Part shown: positions 11,670-24,200 of the stretch, one piece after another
How positions within the stretch are numbered: position 1 is the first letter of the stretch
How the letters are laid out: each line of letters opens with the position of its first letter
DNA from: Podarcis muralis
Lineage: Eukaryota
NCBI RefSeq assembly: GCF_964188315.1
Contig: NC_135656.1
Location: forward strand, 42,408,001 to 42,472,000
DNA length: 64,000 nucleotides
Direction: 5' to 3'
Program-made: the position numbers and the translations under genes
Notes under the pieces: model-generated
The model's input: the letters and a program-made list of their open reading frames with translations, nothing else
Told to the model about the DNA's origin: nothing
Database searches by the model: none

Positions 11670-14600
11670 TGCTTGCATGTTTAGTGCTGCTTGTCATTTA
11701 AGGAAGGGATGGTTGGGGTGGAGGTGAGAAGCCAGGACTCCTGGCATCTGGCTGAGCCCTGCAAAGAGCATGAGGATTAAGCAGTCAAAGCAGTGGGAGC
11801 CAGAGCACCTCAATTGTAGTCTTTGGCTTTTCACTGCCTTGAAGGGTGACCTCTGCCACTTCTTATTCCCAGTGGTTCTTTAAAGAGCATGAAACCTATT
11901 TGCCTTCTAACTTGTTTCTGGACGGTTTGATGCAAAGCTAGAGCCTTGGAGAGCTAATTTCCTGGGCTTTGGGGGAGGCTACTGTTGATTTGAGCAAAGA
12001 AAGTTCTTTGGGTTGCTTGTGTTCCCTCTCTTTGGAAGGTGGAAAATCAAGGCTGTTGTGAGTTCATCTTCTGCCTTGCCGTGTTTTGGGAGGGGGTGGC
12101 CAACAGGACTAAGAATATTTTCTCTTTGCCACTGTGGCCCATGTTGCAATTCCATCCTATCCCATGTATATATGAGAGGGAAGTGTGATCCCTGATTCCC
12201 TTGGTTTGCAACACATTTTAGGCAGTCTGGTTTCAGACTGGCTTGCTTCTGTGTAGGTTTAGGTCTGGCCTTTCCTTTGGAGATAAGGTTCCATGCAAGA
12301 GCTGAGAATTGTGTTTATGGCTGCAAGGGCCTCTACATTTGGGTGCCCATGTCTGAAAAGCGTACACGTGTTGGAATGTTGGTTGTAGAGTTGGAGATGT
12401 GGGGAGTGCATTCCACTGGCTCAAACTTGGCTGTGTGCTCTGGAAAGGACGAAAGGGTAGGGAATTGTGGGTTTGTGTTGTGTCAGGAATGCTTCCCGCT
12501 GAGATACTTGGCTATGCATGTTATACTTCCTGTGAGATTGTGTACATATTCACGTATGCAGTGTTACATGTGCTTAAGCTGGTTTAAGCTGGGTGTGTTT
12601 ATGCTGTCTTTGTGAGCTCCTGGCATTGTGTGCATGTGTATGTATGTGTACACACATGCAACTGTGCTGGGAATACTTTTCATTACTGTGCTTGCTAGCT
12701 GTGTTTGAGATGGTTGCCCCATATTGTTCATCTGTAAGAGTGTGTGTATGTGTAAAAGAAACTCACTGACTGTTTAGGTTTCGGTGAGCAGAGTGCCTGC
12801 ACCTACCGTATTTGTATACAGCCTTTGCTAGTTACACGTTGTTCAAGTTGTGGGGAGGGTGAAATCCATAGTGGCGTAGGTTCATTTTGGGTGCGGGGGA
12901 ATTTAATATGGTCTGCATACAGGGCGGTTGCTGAGAGCACATTTTGCTGCAGTGCTGCTGCTGGCTCTGCATGCCGACAGAGTGAGGGGCGGCAGTGGAG
13001 GGGGGAGAGGCATTGTCTGGGACTGATCTGTGTGCTGGGCACGCACTCTGTTACAAGTGGGTCTCTAGGAAATGGCTGAGAGTGAGTGTATTGCCTGGGC
13101 CCCAGCTCCTTCCATCTTCTCTCTGCTCTCGAGAGGGGAGGGGTCTCAGCCAGCATCCCTTTGCTGCTGGGCTGCATCTCCCTCCTTCAGTAGGCCCAGA
13201 GCACTTGTAGTGTCTCTTGAGCCTGAAAAGGGGTTCCTTTGGGAATGGATGTGTCTCTAATTTTGTTCCTTTCAGAGGGCACTCAAACACCCCTCTCAGG
13301 GCTGGCAGAGATGGGTGCCTGTGGTTCTTTCCCCTAGCCTGGGCCCCATCAGGGGACGTGCTTTGCTTGGCTTAGCTTGGGCATTTACTAAATGGCTCCT
13401 CCTACCCACTCACGATGGCACATAGGAGGGAGAGGAAGACGGCAGGCTCCCCATTTCTCTGTGCCAGTTTTGCAAGGCCCTTGTCCTTCCACTTTGCGTT
13501 TTGCAGGGTTTTCTTAAAAATACTAGCCTCCCCATACACAGGGCTCTCTATACAGATCTGTGGAGGTTGAATCTCACTTTCAGCTAGCTCTCTCGGTGGC
13601 AGTTGTCAGAGGTCACCAAGTACTTGTGGAATCTCCATAACTCCAATGACTCGCCATGATCTGAAACTGCTGGGTTGTTTAGTGATTCTAGTTGGTTAGC
13701 TGCAGTCCTCAGATGATCTCTGTCTTCTCTAGAATGCCCAGTCCCCCAGAAACTGCTGTCTTTCCCATCCTGGTTGCTTGGGGATTCCAGATGGATCCCT
13801 GTGCTTGCCCCTCTCTTTGCTAGATTGTGGGAAACCAATGTAAGGGAGAAATCTCTGAAGAGGAGCTGTTTTTTCTTGTCGTTCTGCAGAATGTCTCTTT
13901 TCCCTACGACTTTTGATGGTATTCTGCATACTTTTTGACCTTTGCCAATGAAGCCGGTCTCTAGTTACTGGGCAGTGTAGAGGCTGAGGTTGCACTAACT
14001 GAGCCAGCTAAGCCTACTTGTGGCTTGTGAGAAATTCTGTCTACTCCCTTCGTTTGAAGCATTTTTGCCTTATTCCTGTTTTGTGTTGTCTGACGTGACC
14101 CCTTGAAGATGCATCTGCAGACCTTCAATTATTATTTCCATCTCTCTGTGTGTTCAGAAGCCTAACAATAATAGCATATATGAATTGTTCCATGGATGAT
14201 AATTTTAGCAAGAAAAACCTCCTGTTGTGGGACTGTGGGCAATGCTTGGGATGGGAAGAATCTGCTCTCAGTTGCCATTATCATCTTGTTTAAGTGAAAA
14301 GGTTTTCTGTGAGGGGGAGAGAGAGAGAGAAGGGCAACAGCCCAGTGGCAAAGTTCTGCTTACAAAAAGTCCCAGGCTCAATTCTAATATTTCCACACAA
14401 GGACTGAGACTGATTCTTGTCTGAACCCCTAGAGAGATGCTGCCAGTTGTGTAGACCAGGGGTGCAGTGTTTAAAATAAGCCAGGCACCAGGCATGTTTT
14501 GCTACTGACACAGGTCCACTTGCAACAGCGTGGAGATTTCTGGGCACCAGGTTGGCAATCACAGTTGAAAAATTTCTGCTTTACTTCATAGTCAGTACCA

Positions 14601-15173
14601 TTTCCCTTTCCACTGTGTATGTTTCTTCTTGCATACCGGGACAAGTGAATTGTTGTAAGAGCAAGCTACAGTCAAGCAATGTAGTTGAGATAATAGAATC
14701 ATAGAATTGTGGCATTGGAAGGGATACTGGGGGTCATTTAGTCTAATCCCCTAGCAAATAGGCATTCTGTTGTGGCGACCGCCACCTAGATTCAAGATGT
14801 CATTTGGTGCCTAGTTTTATATACCTGAGTTTCTAACAGTGCGCATGTGGCCCTCCAGATGTTGCTGGGCTCCAACTCCCATAATTCCTGACCGCTGGCC
14901 ATTGTGGCTGCATCATGGGAGTTGGGAGTCCAGCAGTATTAGTCTATCCTTCCTGGTGTGGACAGTAGGGAACTATATAAACCAATAGTTTGACTTCGTA
15001 TAAGTCAGCTTTGTATGAGCAAAACACTGCTTTGGGGGTGCAATGGAGATTGTAAAAGCAAAAGATACAAGTTCAGTCCATATCCTTTATCCTGGGGCAA
15101 GAGCTAAGCATGACTATAACACATAAGAGGTGCTTTTTGAGCTCGTGGCATGATGGTAATAGTTGTTTCCTCG

Positions 15174-15213
<40 letters not shown>

Positions 15214-18200
15214 CCTTGCACCAGGTTGAGCGTACATGGGAGCTTTTGTTGAGCTGTTGTGACCAGTAACCTTTGCTAGATCTGTTCTTCACAGCCTGGG
15301 CATTGCTTTGTTGTTTCTACAGCTGTGCAATGGCATGCTCTAACCAAGCTCTTTCTCTTTCCCTACAGCCATACAGTGCTTGGATGGCGACAAGCCCTGC
15401 GAGAATGGTGGGAGCTGTGTTGTTTACTCCAACGGGATAGCTGCCTGCATGTAAGTGACACCCTTGCACAACTTTGCCCATGGGTTCAACAACAGCCAGT
15501 GCGTCAAACCATCTTGGGGGTTTGTAGGGTTGGGCCACTGCCTACAAAGGGCAGACTAGTAGTGTAATTTGGGAGCTGTAAAGTTGTCATTGTGAAAAAT
15601 TGCTGCTTGGCTTGAAGTGGGAGAGCAGCGAGCTCTGTTGACAGGATGCAGTATAGTTTAGGAAATATGGGCCTGGAAATGCTTCAAAAGTCATGACATG
15701 ACGTGCATCGTTCTCAGTGGCTTTGCATTAATGACTGGTGCAGATTGGCTTCCACTGCATACTTTGACTATTCTTCAGCTGGGATTCTGTTTGCCATGGG
15801 ACACTGGAATAATTTGGTCTCAACGTCCATTTAGAGACATCCACTTGTTGGGAGTGGATAGCATATTGGACTTAATTTAAGGAAACTTGAGTTTAATTTC
15901 CTGCTAACCAGTGAAGCACTAAAGACAGGAGACCTTGGGCCAATTCTTATTTATCTACCTAAACTACCTCATAGGGGTGGTGTTTTGTTTTGTTAAGATA
16001 AAATATGATAACCCGCCCCCGCCCGCCCCCAATGTAAGGCACCCTAAGTTCCTGGGAAGAAGAGTGGAATAAAAGTGTGGTAAACAAACATCTTACAAGG
16101 AGGAAAAAAGAGGGAAGAAGAACAACAGGTTTTCTGGTTACCGCAACAATTATATTAATATGAATCTACAAAGGAGCTAAGGGCCCAAACAGATGATATG
16201 AAGAAGATCTGGATCTGAATTGAGCAGCTGCAATGGGTGTGTGTATTTAGGGCAGTGTTAGGAAACCTCTGATCCGCCAAATGTTGTCATTGGACTCCAG
16301 GTCCCATCAGTCCCCAGCAGTGTGGCTGGTGGCCAGGGATGATGGGAGTTGTGGTCAAACAACTTCTGCAGGACCACAGGCTCCCTGCCCTGGTCTAGGA
16401 TTTAACACTTCCCCTCCATTTCTGAATCTCAATTCCTGTTCATGTAGTTGCTATTAATCCCACAGCAGAAAACATACACATGATGGTGGGATGGCTCAAG
16501 GTGTTAAAGGAAGACCCCTTTGATCAAATTTGGAACACCTCACACAACTGTTTTTAGGTTGAAATCAGAATTTATGAAGCCTTGATCACAAATCTTCCAC
16601 TGTCTCATTTTTTTTTTGACCCTAAAATATGATAATTTATCATGGAAAAGGAGGACAATATCCCAGATAAAGGGAGGATAGATTACATTATGGGCCTTAG
16701 CAATTTTGAATATAATCACATGAGCTCTTATAAAGGAAGAAAGGTATAAAGTGAACAAATTTGAACAGGAATGGGAACTCTTTAAGAATTTTTGGAATGC
16801 TAAACAAAGTATGGTATGCGGTAATCCTTTCTATTGGAATTTAAGACAGTACTTCAGATATGCAAATCTCAAGCATTTTTTATTAACAAAATTAAAGTTG
16901 TAATGTCTTTATGTTTTAATACGTAATCTAATAAGATAAAACTTTTGTGAATTGCTAAAATGTTTTGCAGGTGTTTGGGTTTTTTTTTTTTTGTTTGTTT
17001 TGATATGATCTTACAACATAATCCTATACATGCCTACTTGGAAGTAAGCTTAATTATATATGCTCGGAGAAATATTTTATCAGATTAAAAGATTTCTACA
17101 TTATAAATACAGTGGTACCTCGGGTTACAGATGCTTCAGGTTATGTTATTTCGGGTTGCGAACTGCGCCGAACCCGGAAATACCAGAACGGGTTACTTCC
17201 GGGTTACGGCGCTCGCGCATGAGCAGAAGCACTAAATCACACTTTGCGCATGTGCAGAAGACCAAATCGCAACCCAACATATGCGCAGATGCCGCGCTGC
17301 AGGTTGCAAACAGTGCTGGTTGCGAACGTGCCTCCCGCACGGATCATGTTCGCAACCCGAGGTTCCACTGTACATCTTAATGGTGTTTTAAGTGTTTATA
17401 GTGTTTAAAATTTTAATATATGTGACAATTCTTTGTGTTTGTTTTATGTCCTGAGAATTAATTGCCTTAATGGAATTTAGAATATTTGAAGTGTCATAAC
17501 GTCTCTATATTTCTGTTTCATGAATTTATTAGACTAAATATGTATTTCTAATCTTCATAGTATGTTAAAATTATGACAAAGCTTGGTTTATTTTTTAAAA
17601 AAGATCATTTATCAGACAAAGAATGTCTCTTGTTGGAACGTTGTAATGGGGATCTGTCAGTACAGATGCCTGTTGTTTTTATAGGTTTGAAAGCTGCTGC
17701 TAGACTGTCCTCCTCTTCTTTTGATCTTGAGCTTGTGTTTTAACAGGCGCCCTGCTAAAGGGTGGGAGAGTACCCTTGCTTCTAAGGGCATCGCTGATGC
17801 TGCCGGTAGTGTCCAGGGCTGATTTTATATTGCCGTGTGATGCAGTTGCTTTTCTGTAATAGGGGTTCCATACTGTGGTGTTAAAGCTCGAAAGGGGGAG
17901 ACCAAGGATGTGTGGATGACATAGTTATTGGGATTTCAGCGTAGTTCTTTGTTGTGTTAGCCAAGCCACGTGGTCCCTGTGGTCATATGCCCTTGTGCTT
18001 TCCTGGCAATGGATGGTCCAGATGTACAGACCTGGATTTAGCCAGGCCAGGGATGCTTACTCGCCTTCCTTCCTTTAGTTGCTTCTCGTAGTGGCAGGTG
18101 TTTGAGCAAATTCTGTGAGCTCCTAGCTTAGTATGGTGTTGCCTGTGTTGGAATCCAGGACAGGTGGATCTGCCTGCAGCTGGCACGCCCAGAACAGGTG

Positions 18201-21200
18201 AATCACTGGGAGGCTCGAAGCCCGGCCTGGATCCCTGGATGGGATGATAGGACAAGAAAATACTACCAGTCACCTGTAAGTCCTGTTCAGAACGCAGCTG
18301 TCCCACCAAGGAGATTGGGCACTTAACCAAGCCTTTGGGGAGGGTGGGGGGTTTGGAATAGTGGGGAAATCTAAGGAAAGCTGGATATGTTCCTCTGGGG
18401 GCTCAGGAGAGAGGAAGAAAAAGGAAGGTTGCTCTTGGCATCATGGTCTGAAACCTGTCGGACAGGTTGGGTGGGGAGGCCTGGGAGTGCCCAGTGCTGA
18501 AGGGAAAACACTCCTCCTCCTCCTCCTCTCCCCCCTCCCCCACTAAACACCTGCAGAGAGGCCTCTTAAAGGGGCGGTCACCATTTGGTTCCTTCGGGCC
18601 TGGCAATGCCAAATTGGAGGAGGTGGACAATGGGTGGTTCTCAGGTTAGTTTTGCCTCGCTCTTTAATCCACCCCCCTCCTCAAATCTTGAAGAAGGTGG
18701 GGCTTGGCTGAGGGCTGTCAGAGACATTTCGCATGAATGTGAAAACAGGCTTTCTTAGGAGATGGCAGGTGCAGCTACTAAGAAGAGCAGTGGAAGGAAA
18801 CCGGAATGTTTCTGGAGCTGGGAATGGGGGAAGCCAAGGCGGCAGGAGTGGTCTAGAATGGAAATGGGATCAGAATGGGTCCTGGTGAAAGAAATCGGGT
18901 GGCTGGGGCACTGAAAATGTGCACGGCAATGAAATCCGTACCACTGTTTTTAATGCTGAGGTTAATAGTCACCACAGATTCCTGGTTTTCATTTTTAGGA
19001 GAAATTAACACTAAAATGTAAGGGCCATTGGAGGAGGTTCTGTACTCGGTACAGCTTTCTGTCTGCCCTTACTGCTTGTTCATGTGTCCCTTTTCCCTCA
19101 CATCTGTTTCATAACTCAGAGGTTCTCAAACTTTTTTTGCAGAGAATTTGAACATTGATGGGGGTCCCCTTTAACTTTTTCCTTTTTGGGGGGAGGTGGG
19201 GAGGGAATTAGCAGACAGCACCAGCATAGTATTACAAAAATCAGAGGATCTAGACCAGGGCCTTGTTGGTCTGTTTGATAATCTGGCCCTGGACAAAGCG
19301 ACCACTAGTTCTGCTGTTCGGAAAAAGTAAACCAAGTGCAGGGCCTAGTCTTCTTTCTTCTCCTCCTCCTGCTAAGATTGTCTTCCATAAACATGGTTTT
19401 AACAATGAGTCCGTAAGTGACTGTGGAGGCCAGTTCTCCTACTGCATTGCCTTTCTGTGGGCCACCAGAATGAACTTATGGTGTCCCCTTTTAATGTTAA
19501 AATAAGATCTCCTCACCCCTTGCTTTATACATGAATAAGAAGACACATCAAAATAAACATGTGTCTGACACTGCGGTGTCTAGTGCAGCCTTTAGTGTGA
19601 CATTAGAATCCCACACCAGTTACAAATATGGCAGAGCACTTTTATGTCAGAAATCTTGCATCCTTTGGGCAGTTCGTTGCTCTTTAATCCTGTAGTGTAT
19701 ACTATAAATTCTCTATACTATACCATACAGTGCAGTGTACAGTGGTACCTCGAGTTACATACGCTTCAGGTTACATACGTTTCAGGTTACAGACTCCGCT
19801 AACCCAGAAATAGTACCTTGGGTTAAGAACTTTGCTTCAGGATGAGTACAGATAGTACCTCGGGTTAAGTACTTAATTCGTTCTGGAGGTCTGTTCTTAA
19901 CCTGAAACTGTTGGAACCACTAAGAACAGTTTCAGGTTAAGAACAGACCTCCGGAACGAATTAAGTACTTAACCCGAGGTACCACTGTATAGCTTGCCAC
20001 AAGGTGACAGATTCCAGAGCAAATGGAAGCATAAAGGCAAGTTGCCCCTTGGTATATGATGTTGGAGCCCAAAGAAGGGTTATGACAGCTGGCAGTACAA
20101 AGCAACTCCCATTGCTGATCTCATTTGCAAGTACTGTAATGCTAATCCAAACCATGGCTTGGCAGGAGCAAGCAAAAGGGCAGGTCCCCAGAGCAAAGAT
20201 TGCAACTACAGTACTCTTTCTTGGACCTGCTGTGTTACCTGGAGTCAAACCATTGGGTCAAAACCTGGCTTTCTCTCCATAAAAAGCACAAGCTGAACCA
20301 GTATTCTTGTTTTACCACATGGGGATTACCTAGGGAGGCAGACCACAAGCTCAGTTTTGGATGTAATGCTGAGCTAAACCATGGGTAGTGCAGGAGCAGC
20401 AGGACTAGGGGAGTAGTGCTGTGGCCACAGTCTTTGCTTATTCACTCTAACCCATGGTTTGGCTTAGCACTGCGTGCAAATTGAGCCAGTTATTTAGAAG
20501 CACTGACAGAGGATGAGTGGAGTCCCTTGCTCATCTTCTTGCTTGCGCCTCCTGTGTAACATGCAGGGAGGAAAATAGCTCCTCTCCACCATGGTGAGAA
20601 GTGTGAGCTCTACATGCATGTGGACCTCACATGTCTTAATGCATACAAGGGAGATAGGCATCTTCCCAAACATGAATGGACACTAAAAAGAGGGTGCACA
20701 AGTTGCTTCCCTTGCTGTGTTCTACAAGAGAAGGTCACATTATTTTAATGATTTATAGGCTAACCTTCAACAGCAGTATTCTCAGGGCAGCTTACAGATA
20801 AATAAAATGGAGTTGCCCCTAGTTTATTTGCTTGCTCCCAATTACTTGAGTAGGACGTTTTTGAAAGCACCATGGTACTAATGAGTGGTACTGGGTTTTT
20901 TAGTCCCCCAAAACAGGAATTTTGAGTTTGTGACTCACCAACTCCACATCCATACTGATGGAGACCCAGCACTGCCTCACAGTTGATGGGATAATGGCTA
21001 TAGTGCCAGAACAGCAGTAGTAATCAATCCCACTGTTGGAGCACTGTTCTTGATTCCAGTGCTATGAGTTTCTACAGCTGGCCTTAGAATAGGGAGCAGG
21101 AGAAAGGGACACAGCAGTTTCTCCATTGGGGCTCGGACAGTTCCAACCCCCTCCAGTAAGGAGTTGGCACTACTTGCTACTGGTTTTCTTTTTTACTCTT

Positions 21201-24200
21201 TTGTAATCCATTTTAGTTTTGTGGGGGCAAATTGCCATTGTAACCCTTGCCAGTAGGGATTATGATTTGGCACTCTCTCTCTCTGTGTATATGTATGCTT
21301 GGTTCTTGTTGACGGCTTTGTGAGGGTCAGAGCTGATTATCAGCTCCTGGTCTCCCTCTACTTGCAAGATATAAGCATTTTCTCTATCCCGTGCTTTGAA
21401 GTTTTCTGTGGCAGTAATTGCAAAGGAACTAGAGACTGTTGCTGACCTTGTGCAAGTTGTTGGTTTTCTTCCAGTGAGTGGGGTGGGAATAGTGGTGGGG
21501 TTTATATTATTTTTTTGCCTGGATGGATGTGTGAAGGGTTCTGCCTTCAGTGCCCCCAAGCAGCCCTCGGTCTTTCAATTTTGGCACAGGGCTGCAGGCC
21601 TGCTACTGCCGCCTGCGCAGCCCTGGGGTAAGGGCTGAGTCAGAGAGTGTTGAGCGACATGTGCAGACACAGTTGGTGAATCACAGCCCCAGGGAGAGCT
21701 ATAAAAAACCAGCTCTACTCCCCGGATGTGAGCAGGTAGGGACATGGTGCCAAGGCTTGGTTCCCTGTGCTGAAAGAAGAGGCTTTCTTCTTTGGGGCAC
21801 CTAGCCACCCTCAACTGGTAAGTGAGATTGCCCTTGTACTGGCCTGGGGCAAGAGGGAGTGCTCAGTAAATAAACAAGGCCCTGCTTGTTGGCGCAGAGC
21901 ATAGTTTTGCTGTAGACCTGTTTGTTTCCCTCTGTGCCTTAGGAGGGTGCAAAGACTCTCAAACTGCCCAACTTTTAAACATTCAAATCCAGGACACGTG
22001 TCTTCTGGGACATGCTCCTGGGCGAGTCATGTGACCTGCACCTCGCCCTGAAGAAAGCGCTTTTTTGGGGCAAGAGCGCAGTGCAAGAGCAAGTCAAAAT
22101 GGCCGCTGAAACCCGACAAGCGGAATGTCCCATTTTTTGGGGGGGTACTTGGCAAGTGTGGACTCTGTGCATCAGCAACTATAGCCCATTGTCACAAAGG
22201 GCGAAACTAAACAATAAATTAAATGCATATGTGCCTTTTGAAAAAAACAACGTGGGAATTGGTGGGAATATTGTGTGTGTTCTTGATCACTTTTGCTGTG
22301 GTCTCAGTGAAAATTGCCTTCCTATTAAACCTGCTATTTATCCTGGACCACAAGCTGTAATTGGTGCCAGTGGCACCTTCCTTCCTAAGGGAAATAGCAA
22401 CTTCAAGAAGCAATTTTCACTGGGACTAAAGCTCAAGGGGAAAGGGTTAAATCTCCTGCTGCTGTTTTATTTTTAAAGTTAAGTAAACACAAAGCACACT
22501 CATATTTTAATGTATTGCCTACTTTGGCCCAAATACACACTTGGCCAAATAGATTCATGTTTGCTTATTCTGAGATTTATATAACTGACTCACACCTGGT
22601 TTGTCTGCCTTGACTTCGGGTCACTCATCTCTTTTACTATGAGTGTGGTTTTCCTCTTTCGTGGCAACAGAATTATGGCCACAGCTTTTGCCACAAGGTA
22701 AGGCCATTCGTCTTTCAGCACACCTAGGGAGCAGATGTCTTGCAGTAATGTGCCTATAGAGCAAATATTTATTTATTTCTAAAATTTATACCCCTCCCTT
22801 CAGTGGCCAGTTGGCATTCCTGCCTTACAAAACAACTTTGCAAAGCAAATAGCTGTGGATGGCTTGAACAAATGAACCAAACCACATTTCAAGAGGAAGT
22901 CATATCTTCCTCCCTTCCAATCTGGCTTGCGGATGTGCTTCCCTGGCTTTAAATACAGTGATCAGTTGGGGCAGAAGTTTCCACCCTTTTTAAGTCCATG
23001 GCTCCCTTGACCAACTACATTCTTTCTGCAGCACCCCTTTGGGGCTCAGGAGCCCAGTTACGTCACCCCTTGCCTGAAGATCTGGCAGCCTCTCACCCTT
23101 TTTCGAACACCCTCCCTTGTGGAGTGTTCCCTCAGCCTCCTCTCCTCTCCCCTGGGCTACCACCCAGTTGCAGCTACCACCCCTGGTCTCTGAGTTGCCC
23201 CCCCCAAGAGAGATGCCTCCTTAAACTGCCCCACAGGGACTTGGGAACCAACCCCAGAGGCACAGTACAAGCCTGAGGAGCTTGCAGCAAGGACTGCTGC
23301 AATAAATAGCTGTGCAAGCCTTTGGGAGGCAGAGACACAAGAGGGCATCAGGAGGGAGGGAAGGAAAGAGGGACAGAGGCCAGTGTTGCCTGCAGCACCC
23401 CTGACTATTGTTCAAGGCACCCCAGGGTGCCATGGCACACTTGTTGAAAACCACTGAGTTGGGGGGTTATTGTCAGAACAGTAAGTCTTCCCAAGGGCAA
23501 TTTTTCCTCTCTCCAAAGGCTGCAAAGATCTATGCCAACTATCTTTGGTCTTACATCTTCCACAGTAGTAAACAGCCTAACCTACAATCTAGAAACACCT
23601 TCCCGACTTTTGAAGTCTACATTCTTAGAAGCTGGAAGAGGGAAGTATACAGGCCAGCTACAACCCAGTGAATAAGCCAATAAATTGGTTCTGTCGCCTC
23701 CTAACCCATCAGCATATGGGTGCACCTATGTTCAGTCAGCCTGTAGGCTGTTTGAAAGATAAGGCCACACTTCAGTTCAGTTGGGCTGGAGGCTAATAGG
23801 ACACTTAGGATGGCCTGCTTTGGGGGGCCAGGATCGACTATGGTTGATTGTCTGAGCTCAATTGAATATTGAAGTGAGGGTGGGAACCTTACTTGGGACT
23901 TGGTCATCTCATGACATCGGTATCCGACTGGGTAAGTAAATACTGTTAAAGCTTAGTGATGCTGAGTGGAGCAGCTGAACTTGCGTGGAAAACAGGCCCA
24001 CAGTGGGGATGGTTTGCTGAAAAGACACATGTAGTATTTTGTTTACAACACTTCCTTGGATGGGTATTTGGACCCTCACTGCATGGATTTCAATCAGAGT
24101 GGTATTCAGTTTTGCTTAGAGAGACAAGCTTTAGATTTATGATGGAAAGTTAAGCTTCGGCGAGCAAGTAATTTGATTGCTAAACAACAGATAACTTGCA

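Noticed and set aside
13584-13995. About 125-codon stop-free frame on the - strand in intron 1
   Set aside because: No recognisable domain, splice structure or repeat signature, and this length occurs by chance in 64 kb. A TBLASTN hit would be needed.
15104-15292. Poly-asparagine ORF on the - strand
   Set aside because: It is a translation of the (GTT)13 microsatellite.
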